DNA of 64,000 nucleotides from Octopus sinensis (taxonomy: Eukaryota): assembly GCF_006345805.1 (NCBI RefSeq), contig NC_043011.1, positions 59,036,464 through 59,100,463 on the forward strand, read 5' to 3'. This document shows, one piece after another, positions 11,970 to 26,214 of the stretch. How positions within the stretch are numbered: the stretch's first letter is position 1; every line of letters begins with the position of its first letter. The notes below the pieces were generated by a model. That model did not search any database. It was not told the origin of the DNA and saw only the letters and a list, made by a program, of their open reading frames with translations. Made by a program: the position numbers and the translations under genes.

Positions 11970-12796
11970 CATTGTGATATATGAAATAACTTATTTGTTA
12001 TTTATGGCATTGCTATTTTCCCATACCTCGTTCGAATAATTTATTTTGTTAAGGAGTAGACGAATATTTTCATGGTTCAAATATAAATCAGAGAACGAAC
12101 ATTTTAATTTCATTACTGTCTAGTACACTGAATTTGCATTGATAAAACTTTTCTTTTCCTCCTTCATAAACGTTATCTTCAATTATAGAACAGACGTTGA
12201 AATGCTGTGTTCTATAATGTCTCAATTTTGTCTTTATCATATATAGAAATAAGATTCTAATCCTCATATTTCACTGGCACATATATTAGTTAATATCTAA
12301 TTACGACTAGATTATTAGTAAATTCATTTATTTCAAAATTTGATATGAACTATAACTATTTTATAAAAGAAAATACTAGAGACCAATCGGTGACACTGAT
12401 ATGAACGACTACAGCAAAATCGATATTGGTTTCATCAGAGTACTTTACTTAATCTACAGGTGTAGATTAGAATTATTATATTTTATAGAAGAGACCCCAT
12501 CATCCAAAAGTCGTTGGTAGGAGACACGTCTTGGCTGCATTGAACGCATAAATCTACATAATTACACCAGACACTCAAAAAGAGATGAGAACGTCCTAGT
12601 GCTTTTAATATGCGCTTAAGAATTCAGTCTTGTTACCTCTCAGTAATATTAGAATGTCATCTCGTTTCACTTCCTGTGACCCTTTCATACCGTCGAACAT
12701 GTTAATGTTTCATATTTTTCGTTCTCTCACAAGTAATAACTTATCGATTTATCTACCGAATAGACTGAATGTTCGAATTCTGTTAACGTTTAGTAT

Positions 12797-13208
12797 TACT
12801 CTTTTACTCTTTTACTCTTCTACTTGTTTCAGTCGTTTGACAGCGGCCATGCTGGAGCACCGCCTTTAATCGAGCAACTCGACCCCTTATTATTTTGTAA
12901 GCCCAGTACTTATTTTTATCGGTCTCTTTTACCGAGCCGCTAAGTAACGGGGACATAAACACACCAGCATCGGTTGTCAAGCAATGTTAGGGGGACAAAT
13001 ACAGACACACAAACACACACACGCATATATATATACATATATACGACGGGCTTCTTTCAGTTTCCGTCTACCAAATCCGCTCACAAGGCTTTGGTCGGCC
13101 CGAGGCTATAGTAGAAGACACTTGCTCAAGGTTCCACGCAGTGGGACTGAACCCGGAACCATGTGGTTGGTAAACAAGCTACTTACTACACAGCCACTCC
13201 TGTGCCTA
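12797..13208 (-). mobile_element. Full-length SINE family 2
   Basis: Collinear with 7407-7793, with an internal microsatellite at ~13005-13045. The 3' tail is an 8-bp repeat, (TTACTCTT)3 on the plus strand. Confidence 0.92.
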
Positions 13209-14194
13209 TTCTGGACGGAAATTTCAAAAAAGTTTCTTTTTTCCTCCTATCATTTGTCTTACTTCGTTTTTGTATTTGCTTTGCAAGATCTTGATGTGAA
13301 TTCATGTTCTGAAACAAATTGTGTTGTGTATTTGGAGAGTCATTATTCCTATATTAATAACAGTCCCTGAAAAGGGCGAAGAACAACAAAAGAACTATGA
13401 CGGACAAATAAACAACCGATTGATATTTTAACCAACATGTTGAACGAATGATCGATTAGCTAACTGGTTAGATATTTATCCAGTTGTCTAATAACAAAGA
13501 AGTGGAAATAAACCGGTGAGTGTGTTTTTATTTTTGATGTAATGACTCCCTGAAGACAACAAAATCTGTCTCAATTTTCAATGTGAAATCCAAATCAGTC
13601 AGATATTACGCACTGCCGTTTCCCTTTTCCGTCACCTACGTTTCGTTAGTATCATACTTATCTCAACATCATGGACAATTATATATAAATATGTGTTTAA
13701 GGTTATTGTAACAATTATATTTTCAAATAAGTTATCAACGTTTATGCAAATTAAATGTGGTGAGATTCTGCAATCGGCCGGATATCGTTCATGTTTTTGG
13801 TTTTCATATCTAATTTCAAATCCCGTTGTAGCCATTCTTCCAGTGTTAATAAATAAATAAGCACTACTAGGTTTGAGTCTTTAAATCTTTGTTACATTTC
13901 TTTTCTCTGGCTAGCAGCATTGATTTTCCTCTGGAAATGAATTGAGTTTTGAATTATTTAAAACGTCCAAGAACGTCAATATGTTCCACACTGATGATCT
14001 AACGATTCTGTGAGGAATGAGATGACCAAAAAGGGAAAATAAACATAGATATGCAGGAAAACAAAAAATTAAAAAGAAAAGTTATCATAAAAAATGTCGT
14101 TTACGAAATTGAATTGTATTCAGTTTGTTCTATTCACTGAGCGCTAACATATTTTTCTGTATAGGGAATTCACTCCCTCTTATCATCTTCCCTT

Positions 14195-14236
14195 ATCTAT
14201 ATGTATATGTATATATATATGTATATGTATATATAC

Positions 14237-14289
<53 letters not shown>

Positions 14290-14304
14290 ATATATATAAT
14301 ATAT

Positions 14305-14354
<50 letters not shown>

Positions 14355-14355
14355 T
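14195..14355. repeat. Imperfect (TA)n microsatellite
   Basis: Directly visible; explains the track ORFs at 14125 and 14193. Confidence 0.95.
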
Positions 14356-14619
14356 GAGGATATAATCATTGACATTATTATATCAGTGGCCAGCGAATAA
14401 AAACCGACCATATCAGTAGAGTTAATTTTTTAAGTATATAATTATAAAAATATAATTATAATTAAGGCCCCAGGAATGCCAACGGCTATACAATAGAAGT
14501 CGATGTCAACTACTTACAATCTACTCCAAATTTGTTCCCTATTTATACGCGCTGGCATGCCAGCGTCCTTAGTTATAATTGCACGAATATAATTATATTT
14601 TTATAATTAAATACTTTAT

Positions 14620-14778
14620 GAATATATATACACACATATATATAAATATATATATATATATAAATATATATATATACACATATCTATATACATATGTGCA
14701 TATATATCCATGTATATCTATCTATCTAACTAACTATATATACATACATATATAGATAGATAGATATAGATCGATAGC

Positions 14779-14843
<65 letters not shown>

Positions 14844-14870
14844 TCGATAGCTAGATATATAGATATATAA
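14620..14870. repeat. Compound (TA)n/(TAGA)n/(GA)n microsatellite
   Basis: Directly visible. Confidence 0.9.
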
Positions 14871-15599
14871 TTAGGTAGACTGAGAGATTGATCGATATTT
14901 AGATAAATCGATATAATCAATATTCCAGTGAATTAGTAATACCGACAGAATTCTTTACGTGCTTCTTGAAAATGTAAGTAGGTTCACTTATAATTAGACA
15001 CAATATGACAGTAAAATGGAAAAGGCTGGTAAATACCAGCGTAATACAGAGACGTACCCGATAGTCCTAAATTCGTTACTGTAATGCAGAGAGCGCTTTG
15101 ATTGTATTTTACTATTTGCCACAAACATCTGAGGAATCGCTGACAATGATATATTATGTCATAAATTTGGTATTTCGAAAATATAAGTTATTTATAATAG
15201 TCGATTATTTCTGACCTGACGCAGTTTATGCAAAGTGTTCGAAATGACTTTTGAATCACGCAGGTCACCATTGCTATTAATTTTATTGGTGAGCATATTT
15301 CATTTGTCTCTGTATGTATAGGGAGAGATATATGTATATAATGTCTGTATATATATACTGCAAACAATAAATATTAAACTTACTTGATTATTATGAGACT
15401 TATGTATAGTATTATCAGAAACTTGTAAAAGTTTCTCGACTAATGATTGTGTCCGTGCCTCCGTTTTTACATTTTATTTCACTTCTTTTTTGAAATACCA
15501 TTTTAATGCTACCATCTGCAAAATATATATACTTAATTCTGTCTTCCTCTCCCACTACGTATACAAAGATATACATAGAGGGAGAGAGACAGGGAGATA

Positions 15600-15667
15600 G
15601 ATATATATACATATATATATAAATTCTTATATATATATATATACATACTCATCTGTATATATTTAAA

Positions 15668-15703
<36 letters not shown>

Positions 15704-15722
15704 ATATATATATATATATACT

Positions 15723-15780
<58 letters not shown>

Positions 15781-15830
15781 CATACATACACACATACATA
15801 CATACATAACTATATATATATGTATACATA
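15600..15830. repeat. Imperfect (TA)n/(CATA)n microsatellite
   Basis: Directly visible. Confidence 0.95.
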
Positions 15831-16232
15831 TGAGATAGGTTGTTATAACTATAGTTATTATCTGACTTTTATGTGTACACATAAATATAAGTGTATTTAC
15901 ATATATATAATATATATTTAGATATTGAAAAGCGACGTCATATTTCACAATTATCGTTATATGCCAGCTATATTATTTTGCAATTGTCAAGAAACAGCCA
16001 GGACTGGACAAGAAAAATGGTTCATCGGTAAAGGAGATATATCATTTGAAAATAATACTATCCTGCACATCATTCACTCGCATTCAAATGCTATTCTCAG
16101 TGTTGTAGTTATGCTGAACCAAAATTATTACGTGGGAAATATATCTTTTTACAAAAGACAGAGTTGCATTTTCATATGATATATTATGTACCAGCTATTT
16201 CTCTTGGCTTGCAAATTTACTTATATATATAT

Positions 16233-16292
<60 letters not shown>

Positions 16293-18626
16293 ATTTTCCC
16301 TTTAGCTGTTTTCTTTCTGTGAATAAATATCTGCCATGACAATAACTGGCTAGCAGTAGACAGCATAAAGTAGTTGATATTCTCTCCTTCTGAATTATTT
16401 CATTTCTTTAGTGACAATAACTTTCTGTATTTATGAATTTATGAGGTAGTTATAAAGTTTCAACTTGTCAACTCGGGATTTCATCATTAGCAACTTACAA
16501 ATAATTTTACACGCACACATACTCGTGTGTGTGTGTGTGTGGGAGTATGTGTGTATATGTATGTGTTCTTGTTTGTACCTATGTGTATGCGTGTATGTTT
16601 GATTCAATGTTTGGACATTAGAGTTGATGTGCTTCACTAAGGCAGCAACACAGTTGTTTAAATTCATGCATTTCCGATTCCACATAGAGCTGTTATATAT
16701 ACTATGATTCTAATCAGGTTTCTGTAATGCCTCTATACATCTAATTCTCTAAACACCTGAGTTTGCATAGTTATATGAAACATAACTGCAACATGTTATG
16801 AGAGAGATTAACCTGCTTTAAACGGCGGTCGTTTTTCTGACGATAATCTGTAGAATACTTTAAGAATCTCAGGATTATCTTCTGGCCCAAAAATCTCCAC
16901 CGACCATTTTAATACGGAATTGTTTTTTCCAATATTTTTTCAAGTTCTTAAATGAATAATTATTCGACAATTTCAAGCTATTCTCACTACTCTAAATAAT
17001 TCATAATGCCTATAAATAACCCAGACGTCTCACCAGTCTAGGTCGAAGAGATCTACTTGTATTTACCGGTGACGCATTGCCTTGAATATAACTCACGACT
17101 GACAGACACACCTCTCTGTTTCTCACTCCACATTAAGTAAACAATATTATGCATATACAAATAATTACAGTTTCCATTTATTGTATTAGAATGCAATATA
17201 AAATATAATTACTTCATATACACTTTTTTGTGTATTGCATTATTTGCTGTTCTAATTACTTGTATTATGCCAGATATTTTTTAAAAGTTAATATTTTTAT
17301 TTAATATTTTTCTTTCTATATTTTATTATCTTGTTTAATTTGCAAACACAGAAATTATTAGCTGTTAGGAAAATTACTTTTTCTATATTCAGAGCAGTCC
17401 GTTGTATCGTAGGAGAAACATATATATATTGCCAGTATTTAGTTATTATTTTAAATTCTACAATATAATTTAATAAATATAATTTATTAGAATATGAGAG
17501 AGAATTGTTCTTGGTATTACTGTTTAATTAGCTTTTTAGACATATTTCCGCAAGATAACTAGATTGCAGCAACATGTCATTTTGTAAGTGGATGATGCCA
17601 ACCGCTCTCACGCACATTCTAATCGTTCATGTCATAAATTTAAAGAATAAACGCAATACAAAAATTCTAATTTAAATTAGTATATGTACTTTTGAATCCG
17701 ACGTTATTCTCTACATAAATAGTACAATATGACAGATAGTAGCTAAGAGTATTGATCGAATAGATATGTAACTCAACCGTCACAGGTACAGATTCCAGAA
17801 TAAGTGAGGAGAGTAGAAATATATCTGTTCTCTATATTAAGAGTAACTCGGACTCCGTTGGTTAAGACGTTACGTTGTGCATTAAGAGAGTTTCTAAGTG
17901 ATGTTATTCCAGATGGGTTGATCAAGCAAGGATTTCAAATTGTTTGTTGCTTTAAATCTGTCTCTTACCATGACAACTGTATCTGGATGGTAATGCAGCC
18001 AAGTATGAGTGACATGGAAGGTAGTTCTGCAACTAAAGTGATAACAATTCACGTTTTGCATCTAACATGTGCAGCCATGCCTATAGAGTTATAAAATATG
18101 CATAGAAAAACATTGATTCAAGCTCAGTCCCAATATGCATCAGTTGAGTAAAATGTTTTCTACTGTATCCCTGCGATGACCAATTGCTTGTAATTGAAAC
18201 TTGAAGCGGAAACTGTGTAAAGGTTTATCGAATTACGAAGATATCTTCAAGTACATCTAACACTATAACATTGCATTGCTGTTATAGCCTCCATTAACAA
18301 TAAAAAACTAGACACTTTCTACGAAACTGGGAAGAATAATAAGAATAACCACAACAACCAAACGATTGATATAAGTGATTCCCGAAATAAAAATACTAAC
18401 AACCACCTTATAAAGGATAATCGCCCCGCCATATTATAACAAGATTATCATTAAAAACGTTTCTTCTGGCTTTCAAATTCATCACTGCAATGAAATGCGT
18501 TGTACATTGTCAATTACACCATCTATAATCTACAAAATGGGTATATATAAGTTTGTTATATATTTTTGATTTAGTGTTACCGCGAAGTTTCTATTTACAA
18601 ATCATGTAAAGTAAAAATGAATGAAT

Positions 18627-18669
<43 letters not shown>

Positions 18670-18673
<4 letters not shown>

Positions 18674-18735
18674 GCTCTAATATCTATACACCCCTGGTTT
18701 TTTTTTACTTTATCTTATTACGCAAAAAAATTTTA
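18670..18735 (+). repeat. Dispersed repeat fragment homologous to 28925-28980
   Basis: AAATGCTCTAATATCTATACA..TGGTTTTTTT..ATTACGCAAAA occurs at both loci, here directly after (TA)n. Confidence 0.75.
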
Positions 18736-18871
18736 TATACACACGTTGACATAGAACCAACGTTGAACCCCTTATTCCCAATATTTTCGAATCTGGAACT
18801 TAACTCTGGTCTGTCCACAGCACTTATTCAGCATTACCTGACACCTTTGTGTCCCAATGATACCATTATCT

Positions 18872-18924
<53 letters not shown>

Positions 18925-19728
18925 ATTCACATTAAGTTGAAAATTACTATGTAGAGTGAACCCTTGCGTGGGAATATACCCTCAGATATTTGACATAAAA
19001 CGCAATCTGTTAAGTTTAAGCAGAATAGAAATTTCGTTTTTCATCGATCGTGAGTAGCGAATACTGAAAAAGTTTACTTTTCAATTTAATATTAGTTTCA
19101 GGAATGTAAAACCAATGATAATAGTTAATAAATAACGTAACATTTTTGCAAGTGATCCTCCTACGACTGATGATGAAGATGATGGTGACAAATATCAGGA
19201 TGATATTGCAGGTGGTGCCCAGCTTTCATGATTAAAGCAGCGACAAAGGAACTACGATTATTACTTACTGCATAAAAAAAAAATCAATAACTAGTCATTG
19301 ATGGCCTCTCATTGTTGCTGGTGCAACCCACATTTTTTGTGATATCACATCATTGCTGTTTCATTTGTTTTCTCATATTCCAACAAAAAGTAAATATTCA
19401 ATATACTTCAATATGAACCCAGAACATAGTCGACGACTATAACAGTGGTTCCAGTTTACCAAATATTCGCCATTAATTTTCTAGCCATAGTACTTTATTA
19501 AAATCGAAAAGTTAGATAGGAAAGAAGGAATACATTGTGTTGTATTCAAAAGTTAAAAACTTAAAGTTATTGTATGAAGCTGTCGAAACAAATATATCAT
19601 ATTACATTGTCACCAGTCGCATTGTGTTTTATAAAAGCTCCAATTCATTACAGACGGGAAAATAAATTTCAGATAAATATCCAGACACATATACACGGAC
19701 ATTTTCCTATATCTGTATAACTCTTTAC

Positions 19729-19893
<165 letters not shown>

Positions 19894-19894
19894 T

Positions 19895-20035
19895 GTTTCT
19901 CTCCTTGTTTCTTTCTATGGAAGAACGTAGGTTCGAAACGTTAAATACTTTTTCAATTCCTGAGCCTTATACTAATACATCTGTTTGTTTTCTACACCAC
20001 CTGTCTTCGTCTTTTCTTTTTTCGTGAATTCCCCC
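19895..20035 (+). mobile_element. Family 3 short element, copy 2
   Basis: Reverse-complement homolog of 6757-6960, embedded in (CTAT)n. Confidence 0.75.
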
Positions 20036-20052
20036 TATCTATCTATCTGAAA

Positions 20053-20394
20053 TAATACATCCGCCTTAGCGTGTTTGTTTGTTTGTTATCCAAGAAGATA
20101 TCTCAAAATTAGCTAGATGGATTCGAATGAAACTTTCAGAGGTATTTGCCCTCGTGTCTAGCACGAAATGATTAGATTTTAGGATCAATCCGATACCGGG
20201 CAAGGATTCTGGATTATTTCTGCTGATTTTTACTTAATTTTTCAAAGCGGTCGGATTCATTTTTAGTATTCTCGTTTGTGAGAGAAGTCGAGTTTATTTC
20301 AGATATTCTCATTTTAGAAATCATCTCCGCCTAATCGTTGAGAGGATTTTGGTGTTGCCTTGGCGGAGGTTTACGCTCTCTGAGTGCTCTTCTT
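20053..20394 (+). mobile_element. Helentron-associated non-autonomous element (HINE-like)
   Basis: 5' ACATCCGCC is followed by (TGTT)n and GAATGAAACTTTCAG. The 3' end has the subterminal inverted repeat CCTTGGCGGAGGT and a short hairpin CGCTCTCTGAGTG. Confidence 0.8.
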
Positions 20395-21855
20395 TAAGTA
20401 TGTTTAGTTACCTGTATACATCTACATCTTCTTACCTATCCTCGTATTTTTAAGGCGAGTAATGTTAATTTGAACGGGCTTTGGTGGTTATTTCTAAGTA
20501 ATTGAATGCCTGTGTAAAGTTCTCACGTAAGTATTCTTAACATGTATATATGCATCTCTTATATTCTTAAACACGGCCTCAACCATTGCTAAGTTAAAAA
20601 TTTATGGATTATTGCTTTTAAGAATAAAGTGGTGATATTCTAGCTCATTTGTTTAGCGCTCGAAATATTACCTAATTAACCCCCAAAACGTGTAACTTCA
20701 ATAAGAACTTGATGTCATAGAATTCTAAATTTAACACAAAATGCTTATTTTACAAGTTTTTCTTTTTCTGCAGGAAATTATTTGAGATGTCGGTCTTTAT
20801 AGGCATGACTGTTGTTTGTTCTGTTAAATACTAAAATCCCTGTTCAGTTGAAATTGGCATCTTCCTGATAATCCTGAATTAAACTAGGGACAACTACATT
20901 AACTTTTCTATTAATTGCACCGAGTCTGTCAATATTGCAATGTCGATCTTGTACAGCTCTCCCTCAGGGAATATTTTATATTATTCGTCTCAATATTTTA
21001 CCATTTATCATATTCTCTAACAATCAAGATAACGGGCAGTTAACTTTTCGAAAAATAAAATGTTCCTATTTGTCTACCATTCTTTATCTGATAAATATTT
21101 GACGTCACAGTATCAAGAGGGAAATTATAAAGAAAAATGGATATTACTTTCTCACAGACCTAATCAAGTGGAATCTTTTAAGTAAATATATTAATAATAT
21201 ATTTCATATTTGACAGTGTTGCCAGTTTTGTGTGTTTGTTTGTTTGTAATTTTTAATGTTATTTTTTATGGTGTTGTTATTGGTATTGCCGATTTCGTGG
21301 CTGCTGCTGCTGTTTTTGTTTCCGTTCTTGTTGAGCCTAACAAACGTGACCACGTCAAATAACAATCGATCCTTTGTTAATCATGTCAGACATCCGAAGG
21401 TCACGAGAGAGGTTTAATGGGATTCATGGGAAACTAATTCCATAAAAAGTCGTTCAATTCAGTGGTACAAACCTAACACTACTAATTAAATACGGTGTGT
21501 GTTGTGAAATAAAGAAATAAGCAACTGAAAACATGACGAGTTGGTATTTATGAATAGATCAAAATTCCTTTTCGTTGACTTTCTAAACTATGTTTAATAA
21601 AGTAAAACCCTAATTCCCATCTGTATTTTACTGTAGACAAGTGAGTGAGTGCGAGTTTGCTGTGAGTTTGCTGAGGTTGATAGGCACAAACAAAGATATC
21701 ATGTAATCAACCTGTATCCACGCATGATCACAACAAGCGTCTCTATGAAACAAAGTTTTATATTAAACCGAACAACATATTGAGTACGTTATTGCATTCA
21801 TTTTCTGTGGAAACATCTGTTTGCATTCGGAACTACACTACAATTAATACAAAAA

Positions 21856-22056
21856 TTTTGACACAAGGCCAGTAATTTGGAGGGAAGGTGCAGTCGATTA
21901 TATTGACTCCAGTACTTGACTGACACTTATTTTATCGAACGCGAGGGGATGAATTGCGAAATCGACCTCGGCGACATTCTAACACAGAGCGTAAAGAAGG
22001 ACGAAATGCCGCCAAGCATTTACCCCGTGTGGTAACGATTCGACCAGCTCACCGCC
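21856..22056 (-). mobile_element. Degraded SINE family 1 monomer
   Basis: Core TTTTATCGAAC..GAAATCGACCTCGGCG and head remnant CCAGCTCACCGCC. Confidence 0.8.
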
Positions 22057-22435
22057 TTACTAGACGTAATATTGATAACGTAATATCAATTAGTAATATA
22101 CACCTGCTTATAGCAAGTTTAGTACAGCGTAAATTAATGATATTGACAAAATCGTCAATGATTTGCATAAAGTCTTTTAAGGTTTTTGTCTTGATTCCCT
22201 GAACACTGCCCTTAACTCACTACCGAGATCATATTTCCCGGTCATTCACTGCCATTCCGCTTCCGGAAGAAATCGATTGTGCTTAAGACTGGAAAGAGTG
22301 TAACCCCACCAGATTAAAAAGGTTAAAATACGCTGTAAGAGCCATCAGCGCTCACCAGCTCCAAAGTGAGTTGCAAGCCTAACAATGAATAAAAGGCGCA
22401 ATAATATTCCTGACATGGGTTGGATACGCTTTAAC

Positions 22436-22519
22436 ACAGCCGCTTTGGTACAGCCTCTTTGCAACAGCCGCTCTGCCGAAGTCGCTTTGGCATAGCCATT
22501 TTGGTACAGCTGCTTTGGC
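22436..22519. repeat. Six-unit 14-bp minisatellite (consensus ACAGCCGCTTTGGY)
   Basis: Units: ACAGCCGCTTTGGT, ACAGCCTCTTTGCA, ACAGCCGCTCTGCC, GAAGTCGCTTTGGC, ATAGCCATTTTGGT, ACAGCTGCTTTGGC. Confidence 0.9.
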
Positions 22520-22584
22520 ATCATTGATTCCGAACTGACTTATTGGACCACAGACGTTCTAACGATTCTTTCATTATTTCTTGC

Positions 22585-22636
22585 TCTCTCTCTCTCTCTC
22601 TCTCTCTGAAACTCCCTCTTCTCTCTTTCTCTCAAA

Positions 22637-22726
<90 letters not shown>
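22585..22726. repeat. (CT)n followed by (TA)n microsatellite
   Basis: Directly visible. Confidence 0.95.
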
Positions 22727-22728
<2 letters not shown>

Positions 22729-24384
22729 GTCAGCATCTAGTAACTTTCCTATGCATGTATAATGAATTTTATTTCTTTTGCCTCTGTCTCTTGGTCTCTC
22801 TCCCTTTTTTCTCTCCCCCTCTCTCTCTCACTATGGATGTGAGCATCTATTCATGCTTCTATATATGTGTAATATTTCTGAAACTATTTTCCAGTGTATG
22901 CATATTCTGGGGTGCGCGTGCGTGCGCGCGCGTGTGTGTGTGTGTGTGTATGTGTGTGCCAGAATGGGCTCGTGTGTGTGTATCTAAATACGTTTGTTTG
23001 CCACCAGCGTACCAACCGTGTAGAATATCTACTCAACTGTTCCAAATGTTCAGCTTCTAAACAGCTCGGACCACTCGACTCATTTCGCTTTGACATTCAC
23101 ACATTGAATTGATAGTGGCGATATCCGGTCTGTTCCGTTTTCAAATAGCAATTCGACATCATATTCTGTCAGACTTCACTTCATAAATGTATTTCAAATA
23201 GCGATACTTTTCTCGACATTCTATTTGACTGTCAAACATTTTCTAGACAGTGAAAAATCTAAAAAACAATCAGCCTGCATTGTGTCTAACACTATATCCA
23301 TGGTATGGTCGACTTTTCTTGTTGGAACTATAAATGTTTCTTATATATAATATACAACTGACCTTTGGTCAAATAATGACCTCATAAGTTTCTACACAAG
23401 CTAATTTTATCATTAATTTTAGTATACTTTTGATTAATATTATCTGTGTTGTGGTGCTTTTTTTATTATATAATTATTTATGTACATAAATTCGAAATTA
23501 CCTAACACATTATTTGCTACTCCGGTTTTACAAAGTGAGATTATATTTTCAACTTTGAACCTGAAACCAGTTAATTGTCAGATACATCTATTGTGTGACA
23601 TCAAGCAGGAAATTAAACAATTGTTTATAACAGTTGTTTAAGCGAATGAATCTACTGTTGTTAATTAAAACAAAAAAAATCTATAAGCATATTTTGATCA
23701 CATATCACAGACGATAAATCTGTTTTGTTATCTGCAAAAAATAAATTGATTTACTTTCTTATTTTTTTGTTTCGTCTGAACAATTAGATTTAAATTATAA
23801 TCATCAGAATCATTATCATCGTTGTCTGAATCAACATGGTGATTATGATGACTATCAACCTATTCATAGCCATCATAATCATCATTAGCGTTTTCGTCAT
23901 CATCATCACATTTATCATCGACACAGCCGTAGTTATCGTTCCGTTTGTCTTCATTTTTGCTTGATTTTTATAGACTTATATTTCAGTGGAATCGATAATA
24001 AAGCAAAAACAAAAATGGAGAGAAAAAACCTTTATTATAAAGAGACTTTACTATGCGGCGCAAAGCACAAATACACACAGAGACATCCATCCGCATTTGC
24101 ACAATTTATTAGCCTGAAAGATATTTAGATATTTTAGTTGAATCCAATCGGGTTTGGATTGGGCGATATATTTTATTGTCGTATCACGTAGCATTAGGCT
24201 GGATCGTTTACGAATATCTCTACAGAAAGGGATAAAAGGATTTGCAGTACATACATAGGTTTCTACACACTTTGAATGCTAATCACGCTGCGTTACTTGT
24301 TTGCTCGAAAAACATAACAACAGGTAATAATTCAACCGCCCACTACGTTTATCCAATGAATCTATATATATATATAGATACACA

Positions 24385-24570
24385 CACGGCAGTGGGAGGT
24401 GGCAATTCCTGCTGTACTCTTTCGCCACAACTTTCTCTCACTCTTTCTTCTGTTGGCCTGCTCTCTTAGCCAGTGGGATGGCGTCATTTGAAGCCTAAAA
24501 CAATGCGAAGCGCATTGTGACCAGCGATGTGTAGCAATATCAGATAGCCTGGTCGGTTACGGTGATCACG
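24385..24570 (+). mobile_element. Headless SINE fragment sharing a mid-module with family 4
   Basis: CTGCTGTACTCTTTCGCCACAACTTTCTCTCACTCTT matches 44140-44178, then continues into a different 3' module. Confidence 0.75.
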
Positions 24571-24911
24571 ATGATATATACATATATATGATATATGTAT
24601 GTGTGCATGTGGGTGGGTGTTATGCAATGCCCTATGTTGTTAACACATTGTCTGAACAGAATATGTAAGGTTCTCTTTCATAACAACACATACATTAAAG
24701 AGCGTGTGTATAAATATAAATAAACGTTTTTTTTTTAAATTAGAAGCGTCGAAATATGTATTGTACGATAGAAACAGGAAGAAGATTTGTTTTCGATCGC
24801 AGCATTGCCTTTAGAACAGCAGAAATAATGGGTAAATAACGTTTTCAAGGCGGAAAATGTGTCAACAAACCGCTAAGGGACTCGAAATCACATGCCTCTA
24901 GACTCCGACCG

Positions 24912-25390
24912 TTCTAATGGCAATACTGCGCTGGAATACACCGGCATCTCGCTGTCAGGAGATTTCTCACTGAGCAGTTGGCAATCAGATGGTTTGGTCA
25001 TGTTGGACGAGATGATCAGGTGTTCTGCAAGTAGCCTCCGAGGTAAACGGATTTAACTGTTTGTGACTTCTTTGTTTGGGGGTTACATGAAGAGCATAAT
25101 TTACGTACCACCTCTACCTACAAACCTGGAAGAGCTGAACATTTCGATGACTGAAGCAGTTTGCAGGGTCACGCCAGATACGCTGCTGAGCGTCAGGACC
25201 GAACTGGACTAACGCATCGATGTTGTCCGAGCAACCAGAGGGGCGCACATTAGGGACCTTTAATGCAACCCTCTACAACATGAAGCTGAATGAAATCCTG
25301 CACCTGAAGTTACCGACTGTGAAAGATTATTACAATAAATTTACATGTTCTATCTGTTTGAAATCAGGGAGTGTTTTTGTGAACACCCTG
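24912..25390 (+). mobile_element. Tc1/mariner (rosa/DD41D-like) transposase C-terminus and right TIR, decayed
   Basis: Translates HRHLAVRRFLTEQLAIRWFGHVGRDDQVFCK*PPR*TDLTVCDFFVW, frameshift, YMKSIIYVPPLPTNLEEL..RIDVVRATRGAHIRDL* (stop at 25261-25263). It ends GAACACCCTG|TA. Confidence 0.9.
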
Positions 25391-25623
25391 TATTTTGTCT
25401 TCGTATACGCATTTGAATATATCCATTCAAACAAAGGTGTGTAAAGTTTTCTGAAGGCCAAAGAGTGTACCGATGAACTGCGGGTGAATCATAACCGTTA
25501 CGTAATTGAATTACGTAAACAAAACTCTATTAATTCTAGACGCTTCAGTTGCCGCGAATAACAACTTGATTTCTGTCAGTTACACGCAAATTCATACATG
25601 CATACACATGAACACATGCGTGC

Positions 25624-25684
<61 letters not shown>

Positions 25685-25720
25685 TGCAAATAAATATATA
25701 TGTACACACAAGCATACATA

Positions 25721-25920
25721 CTCTTTTACTTGTATCAGGCATCTGACTGGCTATTGTGGAGCTCCGCCTTTGCTTGAACAAATAGACCCCAGGACTTATT
25801 GTTTGTAAGCCTCGTACTTATTATATATGTTTCTTTTACCGAACAACTAATTTACGAGGCGGTAAACACACCAATATCGGCGGTAATGCGATGGTGGCGG
25901 ATCCAACACAGACACATAAA
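25721..25920 (-). mobile_element. SINE family 2 3' module without a recognisable head
   Basis: GACCCCAGGACTTATT..GTAAACACACCA matches family 2 and is followed by a microsatellite. Confidence 0.8.
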
Positions 25921-25953
25921 TACATACATATGTATGTATATATATGTGTATGT

Positions 25954-26006
<53 letters not shown>

Positions 26007-26063
26007 ATTATATATATATATATATAAATATATGTATATATATACACATATAAAATTATAACT

Positions 26064-26095
<32 letters not shown>

Positions 26096-26214
26096 AATGA
26101 AGGACTCGTCTGCGGTACTGTCGTTGATCGTCTACGCTTCGACGCGCTAAATGGCAGGCCACCGGAGTCTGGTTGAAGGACAAACACACTGCCATCGGTG
26201 CCATCGTTAGAAAG

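Noticed and set aside
14125-14411. Track ORFs rich in YI/IY, CV/VC or HT/TH repeats (here and dozens elsewhere)
   Set aside because: They are translations of (TA)n, (TG)n, (CA)n and (TATG)n tracts, which lack stop codons in these frames.
17804-18094. 96-aa plus-strand ORF
   Set aside because: Starts at GTG, has no recognisable domain and no convincing splice context.
20760-20835. Strong plus-strand acceptor TTTTCTTTTTCTGCAG
   Set aside because: All three frames stop within ~60 nt and no matching donor or upstream exon is evident.
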